A DNA stretch of 64,000 bases, taken from the NCBI RefSeq assembly GCF_963921235.1, contig NC_086097.1, forward strand, positions 110,114,001-110,178,000. Direction: 5' to 3'. This DNA is from Mobula hypostoma (lineage: Eukaryota). The position numbers and the translations under genes were made by a program. Of this stretch, positions 36,480-48,290 are shown piece by piece. Each line of letters opens with the position of its first letter. The stretch's first letter is position 1. Under the pieces are notes generated by a model. That model did not search any database, was not told where the DNA came from, and was given only the letters and a program-made list of their open reading frames with translations.

Positions 36480-38059
36480 CACAAGGACATCTGCAGATGC
36501 TGGAATTTCAAGCAACACACATAAAAGTTGCTGGTGAACGCAGCAGGCCAGGCAGTATCTCTAGGAAGAGGTACAGTCGACGTTTCGGGCCGAGACCCTT
36601 CGTCAGGACTAACTGAAGGAAGCGTTAGTAAGAGATTTGAAAGTGGGCGGGGGAGGGGAGATCTGAAATGATAGGAGAAGACAGGAGGGAGAGGGATGGA
36701 GCCAAGAGCTGAACAGGTGATTGGCAAAAGGGATATGAGAGGATCATGGGACAGGAGGCCTAGGGAGAAAGAAAAGGGGGAGGGGGGGAAGCCTAGAGGA
36801 TGGGCAAGGGGTATAGTGAGAGGGACAGTGGGAGAAAAAGGAGAGAGAGAAAAAGAATGTGTGTAAATAAATAATAAATAAATAAATAAATAACTGATGG
36901 GGTACGAGGGGGAGGCGGGGCATTAGCGGAAGTTTGAGAAGTCAATGTTCATGCCATCAGGTTGGAGGCTACCCAGACGGAATATAAGGTATTGTTCCTC
37001 CAACCTGAGTGCATCTCCCCCATTTCACGCCCATTTGCTCTCACTCCATCCTCCCGCCACCCCACTAAGAATAGGGTTCCCCTTGTCCTCACCTACCACC
37101 CCACCAGCCTCCGGGCCCAACATATAATTTCCCCGTAACTTCCGACTTCCACCACCTCCAACAGGATCGCACCAACAAGCACATTTTTCCCTCCCCCACC
37201 CCGCTTTCCACAGGGATCGCTCCCTACGCAACTCCCTCGTCCATTCGTACCCCCCATCCCTCTCCACTGATCTCCCACCTGGCACTTATCCTTGTAAGCG
37301 GAACAAGTGCTACACATTCCCTTACACTTCCTCCCTCACTACCATTCAGGGCCCTAGACAGTCCTTCCAGGTGAGGCGACACTTCACCTGTGAGTCGGTT
37401 GGGGTGACATATGGCGTCCGATGCTCCCGATGTGACCTTCGATATATTGGCGAGATCCAACGCAGACTGGGAGATCATTTCGCTGAACACCTACGCTCTG
37501 TCCGCCAGAGAAAGCAGCATCTCCCAGTGGCCACACATTTTAATTCCACGGACCATTCTCTTTCTGATATGTCTATCCATGGCCTCCTCTACTGTAAAGA
37601 TGAAGCCACACTCAGGTTGGAGGAACAACACCTTATATTCCATCTGGGTAGCCTCCAACCTGATGGCATGAACATTGACTTCTCAAACTTCCACTAATGC
37701 CCCACCTCCCCCTCATACCCCATTAGTTATTTATTTATTTATTATTTATTTATTTACACACATTCTTTTTCTCTCTCTCCTTTTTCTCCCTCTGTCCCTC
37801 TCACTACACCCCTTGCCCATCCTCTGGGTTTTCCTCCCTCCCCCTTTTCTTTCTCCCTAGGCCTCCTGTCCCATGATCCTCTCATATCCCTTTTGCCAAT
37901 CAACTGTCCAGCTCTTAGCTCCATCCTTCCCCCTCCTGTCTTCTCCTATCACTTCGGATCTCCCCCTCCCCCTCCCACTTTCAAATCTCTTACCAGCTCT
38001 TCTTTCAGTTAGTCCTGACGAAGGGTCTTGGCCTAAAACGTCGACTGTACCTCTTCCTA
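36480..38059. mobile_element. Penelope-like element (Neptune-type) with a long inverted duplication
   Basis: 36480-37009 is the 3' end in minus orientation and 37010-38059 is the linker, GIY-YIG (ORF 37371-37697) and 3' UTR in plus orientation. Flanking direct repeat GAGATAATTTCCTTCT at 36464-36479 and 38060-38075; its first bases overlap element sequence. Confidence 0.92.
36575..36610 (-). ncRNA. Minimal hammerhead ribozyme motif (intact core)
   Basis: Sense strand agtc-ctgacga-agggtctcggccc-gaaa-cgtc-gact. The partner copy at 38011-38046 (+) has GAAA changed to AAAA. Confidence 0.78.
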
Positions 38060-38199
38060 GAGATAATTTCCTTCTACTGTCCAAGGCTGTCACCTGATAC
38101 TTTCCAGCAGCCGGTCTCTTGGCAGTCCAGACTTCTGCTTTAGATTCAGTCCCCAAGATCAGATATTAATGTACTCAAAACTATTAATTTAATAAACAA

Positions 38200-38560
38200 A
38201 GAATTATATGAACCTTTGTAAATAATACCAATTCCTACAGAAGTAAATAACAGTTATTTCATCTCCTAATGGTTTTAGTTGAACAGATGTGTTAGGTTTA
38301 TTCAATAAGACTGCAATAGATGCAATGGAATTATATTTCATCAATTGGTGTGTGTTTGTTGGTTTATGGTATATTGATGTTTGAAATGAACCATCTGGCA
38401 TTTCCTTTGTGAGTGCATCGAGAAAAGGCGAAACACATCCATTTTTTCCTCCTTTGTGAATTTGTTTGTTGCCCTGATATTATTGGTGACTCAGTGGAAA
38501 TTATTAAAATATCACAAGAAGTATCTGTGTTGCATTAACCTTTTTTAAAATCTATGTAGG
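38200..38560 (-). mobile_element. Ancient Penelope-like RT fragment
   Basis: Peptide FTKEEKNGCVSPFLDALTKEMPDGSFQTSIYHKPTNTHQLM matches the PLE RT thumb (FLD..VYRKPT.T). Confidence 0.65.
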
Positions 38561-39009
38561 TAGCTTCTCTGCTGGTACCCACAGACAAAGATGGAATTGC
38601 TATGCAAGCAAAGGCTCTTGAACCCATTGCTAAGGCAATAGTTTATTCATAAATTTGCTTCCAAATTAAAAAGAGTTAAAACAGACATATGTTGAAAATT
38701 TAAATTAATATCAGTTTATTCAGAGCCTGCTATTTCAGGTGATTGCGCAATTCAATGTACTCTGGAGTATATTTCAAGTATTACAGCCATGTACAACATA
38801 TGTTTTTATTTGTTGGTATAATTGAATATCAAACTATTAAAATGCAGAATCATAGAGTCAAACAGAAGCAAACCATCAGCTTACTTTGACCATACTGATT
38901 ATTGAATATATTTATACCAATCATATTTATCAAAATTCACTTCAAAGCCACAGGCTGGAAATATTCTTGCTGCGATCTCCTTTAAATGTTCTACTCCTTA
39001 CCTTAATCA

Positions 39010-39505
39010 TCTGCAGTTAGAATGGTGGAGCTTGACAGGAACCATTCCCTGTACATTTCTCTCCACAAAATGTTGCCTGACCCACTGAAATCCTACAGTC
39101 TATGGTCCAATATAACGTCCAACTCTTCTACTGCTGCCAATGCAGCTCTAGCGAAGTTCATCTCCCCAGAAAAATGACCCAGGGACCACACATTTTGTGA
39201 ATCCCTGGTCTTCTCTTCTATCCTAACCTAATACTTCACATCTGACAGCAATTTACTGTGCAAATGGAGGAACTACCATACTGCCCCTTCCCCTTCCCAC
39301 CATCTAGGGACCCAAACAATCATTCCAGATGAAGCAGCGATATACCAATCTTCCAATCTACTCTACTGTATTCAATGTTCACAGTGTGGCTTCCTCTACA
39401 TTGGAGAAAGCAGTGATTACCTTGCTGTGCACTTTAACTCATTCTGCATGGGTGGTCCTGAGACTTCTGTTGCCTGCTAATTTAATTCTCTATCCCACAC
39501 CTATG
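39010..39505 (+). mobile_element. Ancient Penelope-like GIY-YIG fragment
   Basis: Peptide YCIQCSQCGFLYIGE at ~39364-39410; upstream 'agggacccaaacaatcattccagatgaagcagcga' parallels 37348-37380. Confidence 0.6.
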
Positions 39506-39565
39506 AGAATATAAAGCATAGAAAAGTAGAGCAGAGGAACAGGTCCTTGGGCATATGAAGACCCG

Positions 39566-40098
39566 TACAGCGCAAAAAGTCTTAGGTAAGTATAAATATA
39601 GCTAGGATGTCAAAGATTTTTGCATAGTACTGTAGTAATTTTATGTATTGTACTGTACTGCTGCTGCTGCAAAAAATGTGAGTGATGATAATCCTGATTC
39701 TCTATGCATCTCGATTGTGGACTGAGAGTGGGAATAGGGCAGGGAGAGGGGAATCATGGTTGTGAAAAAGGGAAGGGAGAGGGGAGGGAGCAGGAAGCAC
39801 CAGAAAGATAATCTATAATGATCAATAAACTAATTGTTTGAATCAAATGCCCTTGCCTGTTGTCTCAGGTCTGGGTGTGTCTGCACCCATGCCACCCCCA
39901 CCGCCCCGACACTCCTTCTCTGCCACCTGTCCTACACCTCTCCATCCATGCTCCACCCTCACCAGTCCCAGCAACTTTTGCTCCTGCTAAATTTTCAAAC
40001 TCTCTCTCCGCTCCGTGTTGACTAATACAGTATTGTACAAAAGTTTTAGGCCCCTGGGCTATATATATATGTGCCGGAGACTCTTGCACAGTACTGTA
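39566..40098. mobile_element. Tc1/mariner-like non-autonomous element bounded by two ~70-bp self-palindromic units
   Basis: 39566-39634 and 40026-40098 are inverted copies of each other, each TACAG...CTGTA; TA at both outer ends; interrupts a minus-strand CR1 3' end. Confidence 0.65.
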
Positions 40099-41010
40099 AA
40101 TGCTAACTATAATACTAATCTGAATTAATCCCAAGTCCTGCACATGTTCTATATCCTTCCATTCCCTACATGTTTATATTCCTGTCTAAATATCTGCTAA
40201 ATAACATTGTTGTATCTGCTTCAACCACTTCCCCTGGCAGTATGTTACCGGCACCTAACACTCTCCATGCTAAAGACAATCTTGATTTGTAAATGTTTTA
40301 CAATTTTAAACTTTATCCCTCCCACCTTAAAGGTATGCCTTCCAGTATTTGGCATTTCTACCCTGGGAAAATGAGTTTTGTCTTTATGCCTCTCATAATT
40401 TTATATACTTCTATCATGGATCTCGCTCTTTCCCAGCATTTATGACAAATAATCTCTTCTCAGGCTTCCAGGTATTGATTATAACCAACAGGATCTCAGG
40501 ATGAATCCCTGATAAAGATGGCAGAGTTTTTCATTAAAATATCGGTTATAATCAATACCTGCACCGGATGGAAACCCGAGTAGAGATTATTCGTACTTCT
40601 ATCATATTGACCCTCAGCCTCTGAGATTTCAGAGGAAACAATCCAAGTTATATCTAATCCAAGTTAAAATTAATTCTTTCTATTGCAGGCACCATTCCAC
40701 TAAACTTCTATACCTCTTCAACACTTCTACATCCTTTCTATAATGAGGTAACCAGAACACAATATTCCAAATGTGACCTAACCAATGTTTTATGCAACTG
40801 CCACTAGACTTACTGACTCTTACACTGTATATAACACCTTGACTGATAAAGGCAAGCATGTCATTTGCCTTTTTTACCACCTTATCTTCTTGTGTTGCCA
40901 TTTTCAGGGGGTTATGTACTTGCACCCCAACATCCCTCTGCACATCAGTGCCTCTAATGGTCCTGCTATTTACTGTATACTTTCCTCTTACATTTGACCT
41001 TGACACCTCA
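40099..41010 (-). mobile_element. Degraded CR1 RT C-terminus
   Basis: Peptides VQRDVGVQVH and WLPHYRKDVEVL; its tail is at ~39505-39565. Confidence 0.7.
40418..40593. mobile_element. Miniature insertion with inverted ends, probably a third Penelope-like family (176 bp)
   Basis: 12-bp TSD TACTTCTATCAT (40406-40417, 40594-40605); internal inverted repeat (aataatctcttctc..caggtattgattataacc / ggttataatcaatacctg..gagtagagattatt); decayed hammerhead-like motif at 40505-40547. Confidence 0.72.
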
Positions 41011-41478
41011 CACTTGGATCCATGCTATTCCAATTTGTTTGTCTGCTCTCCCCCATAACAGTGCATCCAACATAAACTTAAGGAATATCTTTGCAATCCT
41101 CTGGAGTGAACACTGAACCTTCTGGCTTCATATACAGTAAATGGCTCTCGCATTTATTTCCTAGTATCACCCAATGTTGCTTTGTCATTTGACTTTTTGA
41201 GAATGTCTTGCTAGTGCTTGTTATCACTTGATCAGGCTTAACCAATCTCAATATAGTCTTGAGGAGCCCTCACTGCTCCCTTCAGTGCTGCTTTCAAAAC
41301 TGGAAACCCACTTTTCCTGCAGCTCTAAAAGCACCCTGACCTTAAACACTAACTCTTTTCTCTTTCAACTAGTGCTGCTCGACCAGCACAGTTTTTCCAA
41401 CATTGCTGTTTTTGTTGCAGGCAAGGAAAATCTATTTCATTTAGAAATTTGTTATGATGCAGAAATTATTTCCTGAAG

Positions 41479-42050
41479 ATAGATAGATATACTTTATTAA
41501 TCCCGAGGGAAATTTAGTTTCGTTACAGCTGCACCAACCAAGAACAGAGCGTAAATATAGCCATAAAAAAAACCCCAACAATCAAACACCAAAATGCAAC
41601 TATGCCAGATGGAAAATAAGTCCAGGACCAGTCTATTGGCTCAGGGTGTCTGACCCTCCACGGGAGGAGCTGCACGTTCGATGGCCACAGGCAGGAATCG
41701 ACCTCCCGTGCCGCCAAGTGTTGTATCACGGTGGAATGTGGCCTAAGTCCAACAGTGAAAAGTTCAATATCCAGTCTGCAAACACGTTCCTCGATCGTAA
41801 TATACCCCGGATTGCACCATCCGTTGTTAGCCAGAACAGTAAGCACCCAATTCCTTTACGCCGCTTACCGCTCTCGGTGCACTTCCGCTCAGGCGGAACG
41901 GTATTACCCACCGAACTCCTCTTCTCCAAAAGTCTCTGTTGTCTCGACCTGGTCCTCTTTCCTCGACTTTGTGATCCCCCTCTGTGGGTTTTCCTCCGGA
42001 TTTCAGCAGGGGTGTCCGCCGCTCTGTTCGCTAAGCCAGTGAAGGGGTGG
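41479..42050 (-). mobile_element. Internally deleted Rex1/Babar-type element (5' region fused to 3' end)
   Basis: Endonuclease-like GWCNPGYITIEERVCRLDIELFTVGLRPH runs directly into a 3' UTR with AATAAA and a (TATC)n tail; possible CTGAAG duplication at 41473-41478 and 42051-42056. Confidence 0.6.
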
Positions 42051-42879
42051 CTGAAGCAGATTTAACAGAGAATGGTAACATAAAAAGTGGTAATTTCCAA
42101 AAAAAAATAAAGAAATAGCATCACACAAAAAATGCTGGAGGAACCCAGCAGATCAGGCAGCATCTCGGGAAATGAATAAACAGTTGACATTTTGGGTTGA
42201 GACCCTTCTTCAGGACCGAAAAGTAAGGGGGAAAAACGCCAGAGTAAAAAAGGTGGGGGGAGGGGAAGGAGGCTGGCTGTAAGGTGATAGGTGAAGCCAG
42301 GTGGGTGGGAAAGGTAAAGGCTGGAAAAGAAGGAATCTGACAGGAGAGGAGATTAGACCATGATAGGATTGATGGTAGTTCTTTCAGAGTGTTGATCCCT
42401 GGTCAATACTATTTAATACTAGAAGAGCTAAACTGAATAATCCCTAAAAAGACATGGTTTAGGGTTAATTCAGACTAGTCCATCATAGAACCATAGAACC
42501 ATAGAACACTACAGCACAGAAAACAGGCCATTCGGCCCTTCTAGTCTGTGCCAAAACATTATTCCGCTAGTCCCATTGACCTGCATCCAGTCCATAACCC
42601 TCCAGACTTCTCCTATCCATGTACCTATCCAATTTATTCTTAAAACTTATGAGTGAGCCTGCATTTACCATGTCATTAAAACTTGAGTGAGCAAGCATTT
42701 ACCACGTCATGATGCAGAAGGAAATTTCAATTCTCACTGTCTACATATTCCAAACACTTCTATAGGTAGCTAGAAGGCAACTCATTGGTCACACAGATTA
42801 GCCAATAGTCCTGTACTACTGGTGCTATTAATGATAAATTCTACGTGGTTACAGGAGGCAATGAAATTCTTTTGCCCAG

Positions 42880-44065
42880 GCAAATGCTTATATCTGAATG
42901 CTATTTATTGACTATAGCTCAGCATTTAACATAATCATTCCTACAGTCCTGATGATAAACTACAGAACCTAAGACTCAGTACCTCCCTCTGCAACTGGAT
43001 CCTCGACTTCCTAACTGGAAGACCACAATCTGTTGAGATCAGAAATAATATCTCCACCTCGCTGATAATCCACACTGGTGCACCACAGGAATGTGTGCTT
43101 GGCCCTCTGCTCTATTCTCTCTACATCTATGACTGTGTGGCTAGGCAGAGCTCAAATGCCATCTATAAATTTGCTCATGACACAACTACTAATGGCAGAA
43201 TTTGAGATGGTGACGAAAGGGCGTACAGCAGCGAGATACACCAGTTAGTGGAGTGGCGTCGCAGCAACAATCTTGCACTCAATGTCAGCAAGACCAAAGA
43301 GCTGATTGTGGACTTCAGGAAGGGTATTATGAGGGAATATAAACCAATCCTCACAGAGGGTTCAGAAGTGGAGACAGTGAGCAATTTCAAGTTTCTGGAT
43401 ATCAGTATCTCTGAGGACCTAATCTGGACACAACATATTGATGCAGCTGTAAGTAAGGCAAGACAGTGGATATATTTCATTCAGTGTTTGAGGAGATTTA
43501 GTTTGACAACTAGAACATTTGAAAACTTCTACAAATGTACAGTGGAGAGCATTCTGACTGGCTGCATCACTGTCTGGTGGGGGGGGTGGGTGGGGGCAAC
43601 TGCACAAGATCAAAACAAGTTGCAGAAACCCTTAAAGTCAGTCAGCTCCATCATGGGTACTAGCCTCTGTAGTATCCAGGACATCTTCAAGGAGTGGTGC
43701 CTTAGGAAGGCAGCGTCCATCATTAAGGACCCTCACCACCCAGTTCATGCCCTCTTCTCACTGTTAACATTGGGAAGGAGGTACAGAAGCCTGAAGGCAC
43801 TCGCTCAGCTATTCAGGAACAACTTCTTCACCTCTGCCATCTGATTTCTAAATGGACATTGAACCCATGAACACTAACTCACTACTTTTTATTTATTTTC
43901 TCGCACTACTTAGTTTAACTTAACTATTTAATAGACATATATATACTTAACTAACTCAGTTTTTTCCTCTGTATTTATTGATCATGTATTTCATTGTACT
44001 GCTGCTGTAAAGCTAACAAATTTCACGACATATGCTGGTGAATTAAATCTAATTCTGATTTTGAT
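42880..44065 (+). mobile_element. Rex1/Babar LINE, RT to 3' end
   Basis: Peptides [38 protein letters not shown] and HALFSLLTLGRRYRSLK; same family as 15770-16815. Confidence 0.88.
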
Positions 44066-45156
44066 GTCTGATGATCTAACTGAGTGCCAATGTCCTCAGA
44101 TGACATATTGGAGAAGATAGAAGGGCAGTCTGCTTTGCAGAGAAATGCTCAGGAAGGTGCAGGAAAATCAAAAGACAGCACAAATACTGTTGGCGCACAC
44201 CTCGAATGCAGTGTAGGAGGAAATATCTACAGGAGTGAATTCATCTTTAAATATTATAGGGTGAAGTTGACAGGTATGTGAGAGACAGTGGATTACAGGG
44301 GAAATAGAGGAAGTACACAGAGAACCAGAATACCTTTCCTTCAAGTTGTAAGGAAACATGGATAAAATAATATGGATTGTAAATCATGTAATTTCACTGC
44401 ACATCTCACAGCTCCATTATCTAACAAGCAAAAACTTGTCAATTAGTAATTAATCTGCTGTTTAATTAATAAAATTATCTCACCCATAAATTCTTAACAT
44501 TATTGTACATTATGCATGTGCAATCCACAGATTGAACAGTGAGCCATGAATGTGACTTATCCAGATTTACTGTACACCATCTCTGAACTACTACTCTCTT
44601 TCTTGTGAGAGGCAGCAGGAACAAAAGTCAAGATGGACAGCATCAACTACAAAGTATAATCCTAATGAAGAAATGATCCATTTTAGAAAAGGCCATGACT
44701 GATACTGGGCCCCAGCAGTACTGAAGGAATTGGGATTATTAATTTTAGTATGACGAAGTTAATGAAATTTGTGACAGGAGCCTTCCCAACCATTGAGTAC
44801 ATCTACGTGAAATAATGTCACACGAAAGCAGCATCTGTATTCAGGGACTCCTGCCATCCAGGACACATTCTCTTCACACTGCTGCCATCAGGAAGAAGGT
44901 ACAAAAGCCTCAGGATTCACAACACTAGGTTCAAGGACAGTTACTACCCTAGCTTTTGAACCAAAGGGGATAACTTCATTCAACTTCACTTTCCCCATCA
45001 TTGAGATGTACTCAACCAATGTACTCACTTTTAAGGACGCTTCATCTCGTGTTCTCAATACTTATTTATGATTATTGTTGCTTCATTTTGCCTTTGCACA
45101 ATTTGTTGTCTTCTGCACTCTGGTTGAATGCCCTAGTTGGTCAGTCTTTCACCGAA

Positions 45157-45766
45157 AACATAGAACATAGAACATAGAATAGTGCAGCACAGTACAGGCC
45201 CTTCGGCCCACAATGTTGTGCCGACCCCCAAACCCTGCCTCCCAGCTAACCCCCCACCTTCAATTCCTCCATATACTTGTCTAGTAGTCTCTTAAACTTC
45301 ACTAGTGTATCTGCCTCCACCACTGACTCAAGCAGTGCATTCCACGCACCAACCACTCTCTGAGTAAAAAACCTTCCTCTAATATCCCCCTTGAACTTCC
45401 CACCCCTTACCTTAAAGCCATGTCCCCTTGTATTGAGCAGTGGTGCCCTGGGGAAGAGGTGCTGGCTATCCACTCTAACTATTCCTCTTAATATTTTGTA
45501 TACCTCTATCATGTCTCCTCTCATCCTCCTTCTCTCCAAAGAGTTAAGCCCTAGCTCCCTTAATCTCTGATCATAATGCATACTTTCTAAACCAGGCAGC
45601 ATCCTGGTAAATCTCCTCTGTACCCTTTCCAATGCTTCCACATCCTTCCTATAGTGAGGTGACCAGAACTGGACACAGTACTCCAAGTGTGGCCTAATCA
45701 GTGTTTTATAGAGCTGCATCATTACATAGCGGCTCTTAAACTCTATCCTTCGACTAATGAAAGCTA
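45157..45766 (-). mobile_element. Young CR1 3' fragment inserted in an older Rex1-like 3' end (~44770-45890)
   Basis: ORF 45246-45722 is nearly identical to 1871-2503; tail (agaacat)n. Confidence 0.9.
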
Positions 45767-47464
45767 ATTGGTACTGTTATGGTTATTATTCTATAGATTT
45801 ACTGAGTATGCCCACAAGAATATGAATCTCAGGGTTGTATATGGTGACATATATGTACTTGTATAATATATTTACTTTGAACATTGAGCTTTTATCCTAT
45901 TGTGTCCATTCTTGTCCAGAACATATACTTGTGTTGGACAAGGGGTCAGCAGACTGTGAAGGATAGGGATATACCCCAGTCAAGTTTCATCTTCCGTGCT
46001 CACAGCCATCTGAGGAATATTTTTCTGTAATCAATCATTTTTTTTGGCTGTCAGTGTCTTAAATCTACAGACTGTTTTTTTGCTGTCTATGGTTATGACT
46101 TGGATAGGTAAGTATAGATAAAGTGTACTGGACTTGAAGTGGACTTGGTTATAGGATGCTGCATGCTGTTAGGATGGAGAATTGTATTTTCTCTTTGGGT
46201 GGAAGAGGGTTGAGGAATTCTCTGGGTTAATGCTTGTGTTGTGGCAGCAGTTGTAGAATGTTTCCTTTCTCTGCCATGTGCAGTCATGCTCCTCCCCAGC
46301 CACTCTTCTGCCAGCTCGACCCCTTCTCTTTCGCTCCGGCTGCAAGCCTCCAGGCAATACTGAGCCGGCATCCTGGAGAGATTTTGCACCAGGCAGCAAA
46401 TGATAACAAAGTACCTAACCCTCTCAGGAGAGTATAGCAGAGTGCATCAACATTTTGCTCATGGAACACATAAAAGCACTGCATTACCTGAATGCTTTTC
46501 CAATCCTTTATTTAAAAACTGCCCGACTAATACTCAATGTTTCAACACACTCAAATGCAATGCTGGCAAAATCTTAATTCATTCTGTCTAATTTAGAACT
46601 AATAGATTAACAACCACTGTTGACTTTTCATCAAATCATATCAATTATAACACAGTAGGAGGTCTTTCTGGCCACTTCATTTGTGCCAGTTCTTGCACTT
46701 GGATAGGAGCTCTCATGGTTGAATTGCCTCTGCCTTTCCAGAATAATAATGCTGGTCAAAATAGGGATTGGAGGTTTTGAGCATGCTCGGACATAATCTC
46801 AACTCATTTCAAAATTTCCCTCCCTTCTTTGGCTGCAGAAAAAAAAATGTTTGCATAATGGACTAAAGGAGAGAAATTTTATAACCTGGCCAAGATACAT
46901 CAAGGTGAGCTGTACCCCTATAAAACACTACTCACTCATACAGATACATGCATTTACACACACATGCACACCACCCACACACTTCACCCTCTTCTAGACT
47001 TTCTGCCACCTACACTCACACACTGCTTCATTGACTTGCTCAATGCAGGGCTGTGAACAGGCTAATCGATGTCCTCCATCTCCTCCCTTTACACCATAAC
47101 AGCAAGAACAAAGAGAAAAGTGTCCAGAAAGGAGTGATGAGTCCTCTCAAGTGCAGTCCATGAACAATTTAGAAAAGGGTGTCAACCTTCTCAGGCCTGC
47201 AGAGAGACCAGTGAGGCTCAAATCACTTCAAGAGTCAGGATTGTGTGGAATTTGACAGGGACACTGTTGAATATGTCATTCTGATAACTAAATAAATTGC
47301 AAAAAGTTTATACGTTCTCCCCATGACAACTAGACCAACCTCACATGTAAACAGGGTGATGAACAATATCCTTAGCATACTGGCCTTCATCTGTCAGGAT
47401 ACAGAGTATTAGAACTGGGACATTATGTTGCAGGCATATGAGGGTGCACCATAAGGTTTATACC

Positions 47465-47812
47465 ATAAGGATATTAGACCATAAATAAGGAGCAGAATTG
47501 GGCTATTTAGCCCACTAAATATGCTCTGGCACTCAATCACGGCTGATTTATTTTCCCTCTCGACCCCATTCCTCTGCCTTCTTTCCATAACCTTCGATGC
47601 CCTTACTAATTAACAACCTATTAACCTCCAGTTTAAGTACACTCAATGACTTTGCCTCCACAGCATCTGTAGCAATGAATTCCATAGATTTACCACCCTC
47701 CAGCTAAATAAGGAGATCTAAGGAGATGTACTTGTATTCAGAGGCTGTGCCCTCTGGCCCTAGACTCCCCCTCTCCACGTCCGTTTTATCAAGGCTTTTC
47801 AATATTCGATAA
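47465..47812 (-). mobile_element. CR1 3' end fragment
   Basis: 'gaccataaataaggagcagaattggg' tail and RT C-terminal similarity to 21012-21370. Confidence 0.75.
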
Positions 47813-47993
47813 GTACTTTAGTTTCCTCACACATTCCAAAGACATACGGGTTATTATGTTAATTGCTTACATGGGTGTAATCGGGTGGCATAGACTTTTT
47901 TGGGCTGGGGGGGCCTGTTACCATGCTGTATCTCTACATGAATGAACGAAACAATCAATTAATTCCCTTCATATGATCCATTGTATTTTTTAT

Positions 47994-48290
47994 CGAGCTC
48001 TATGACGACCTACCGATGCTCACCACTAAAATCGAAGCGAGAAGACTGCAACTAGCAGGGCACTGTCCATGCCACCTCGAGCTACTTGCCAGCCTAGTCA
48101 TCATATGGGAGCCCAAGCATGGGAGGATGAACCCTGGGCACCCTCACCAGACTACGGTCAACCACACTCCTCGAGGAGAGCGGCTCGCCTAATGTAGATG
48201 AACTGAACACACTGATAAAGGAGAGGGAGAAGTGGAGAGTCTGTCATCATGCCCGACGCTGGCCCCCTAGGCCTGAGTCAACATAGTAGT
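47994..48290 (+). mobile_element. RTE/RTE-X clade LINE 3' end
   Basis: Peptide ELYDDLPMLTTKIEARRLQLAGHC..LASLVIIWEPKHGRMNPGHP, typical of the RTE-type C-terminus (RRLxLAGH..WEPxHG..GRP); short (tag)n tail. Confidence 0.75.

Noticed and set aside
46093..46484. Overlapping short ORFs in a non-repetitive stretch
   Set aside because: No known motifs; could be regulatory or UTR sequence, but this cannot be supported from sequence alone.
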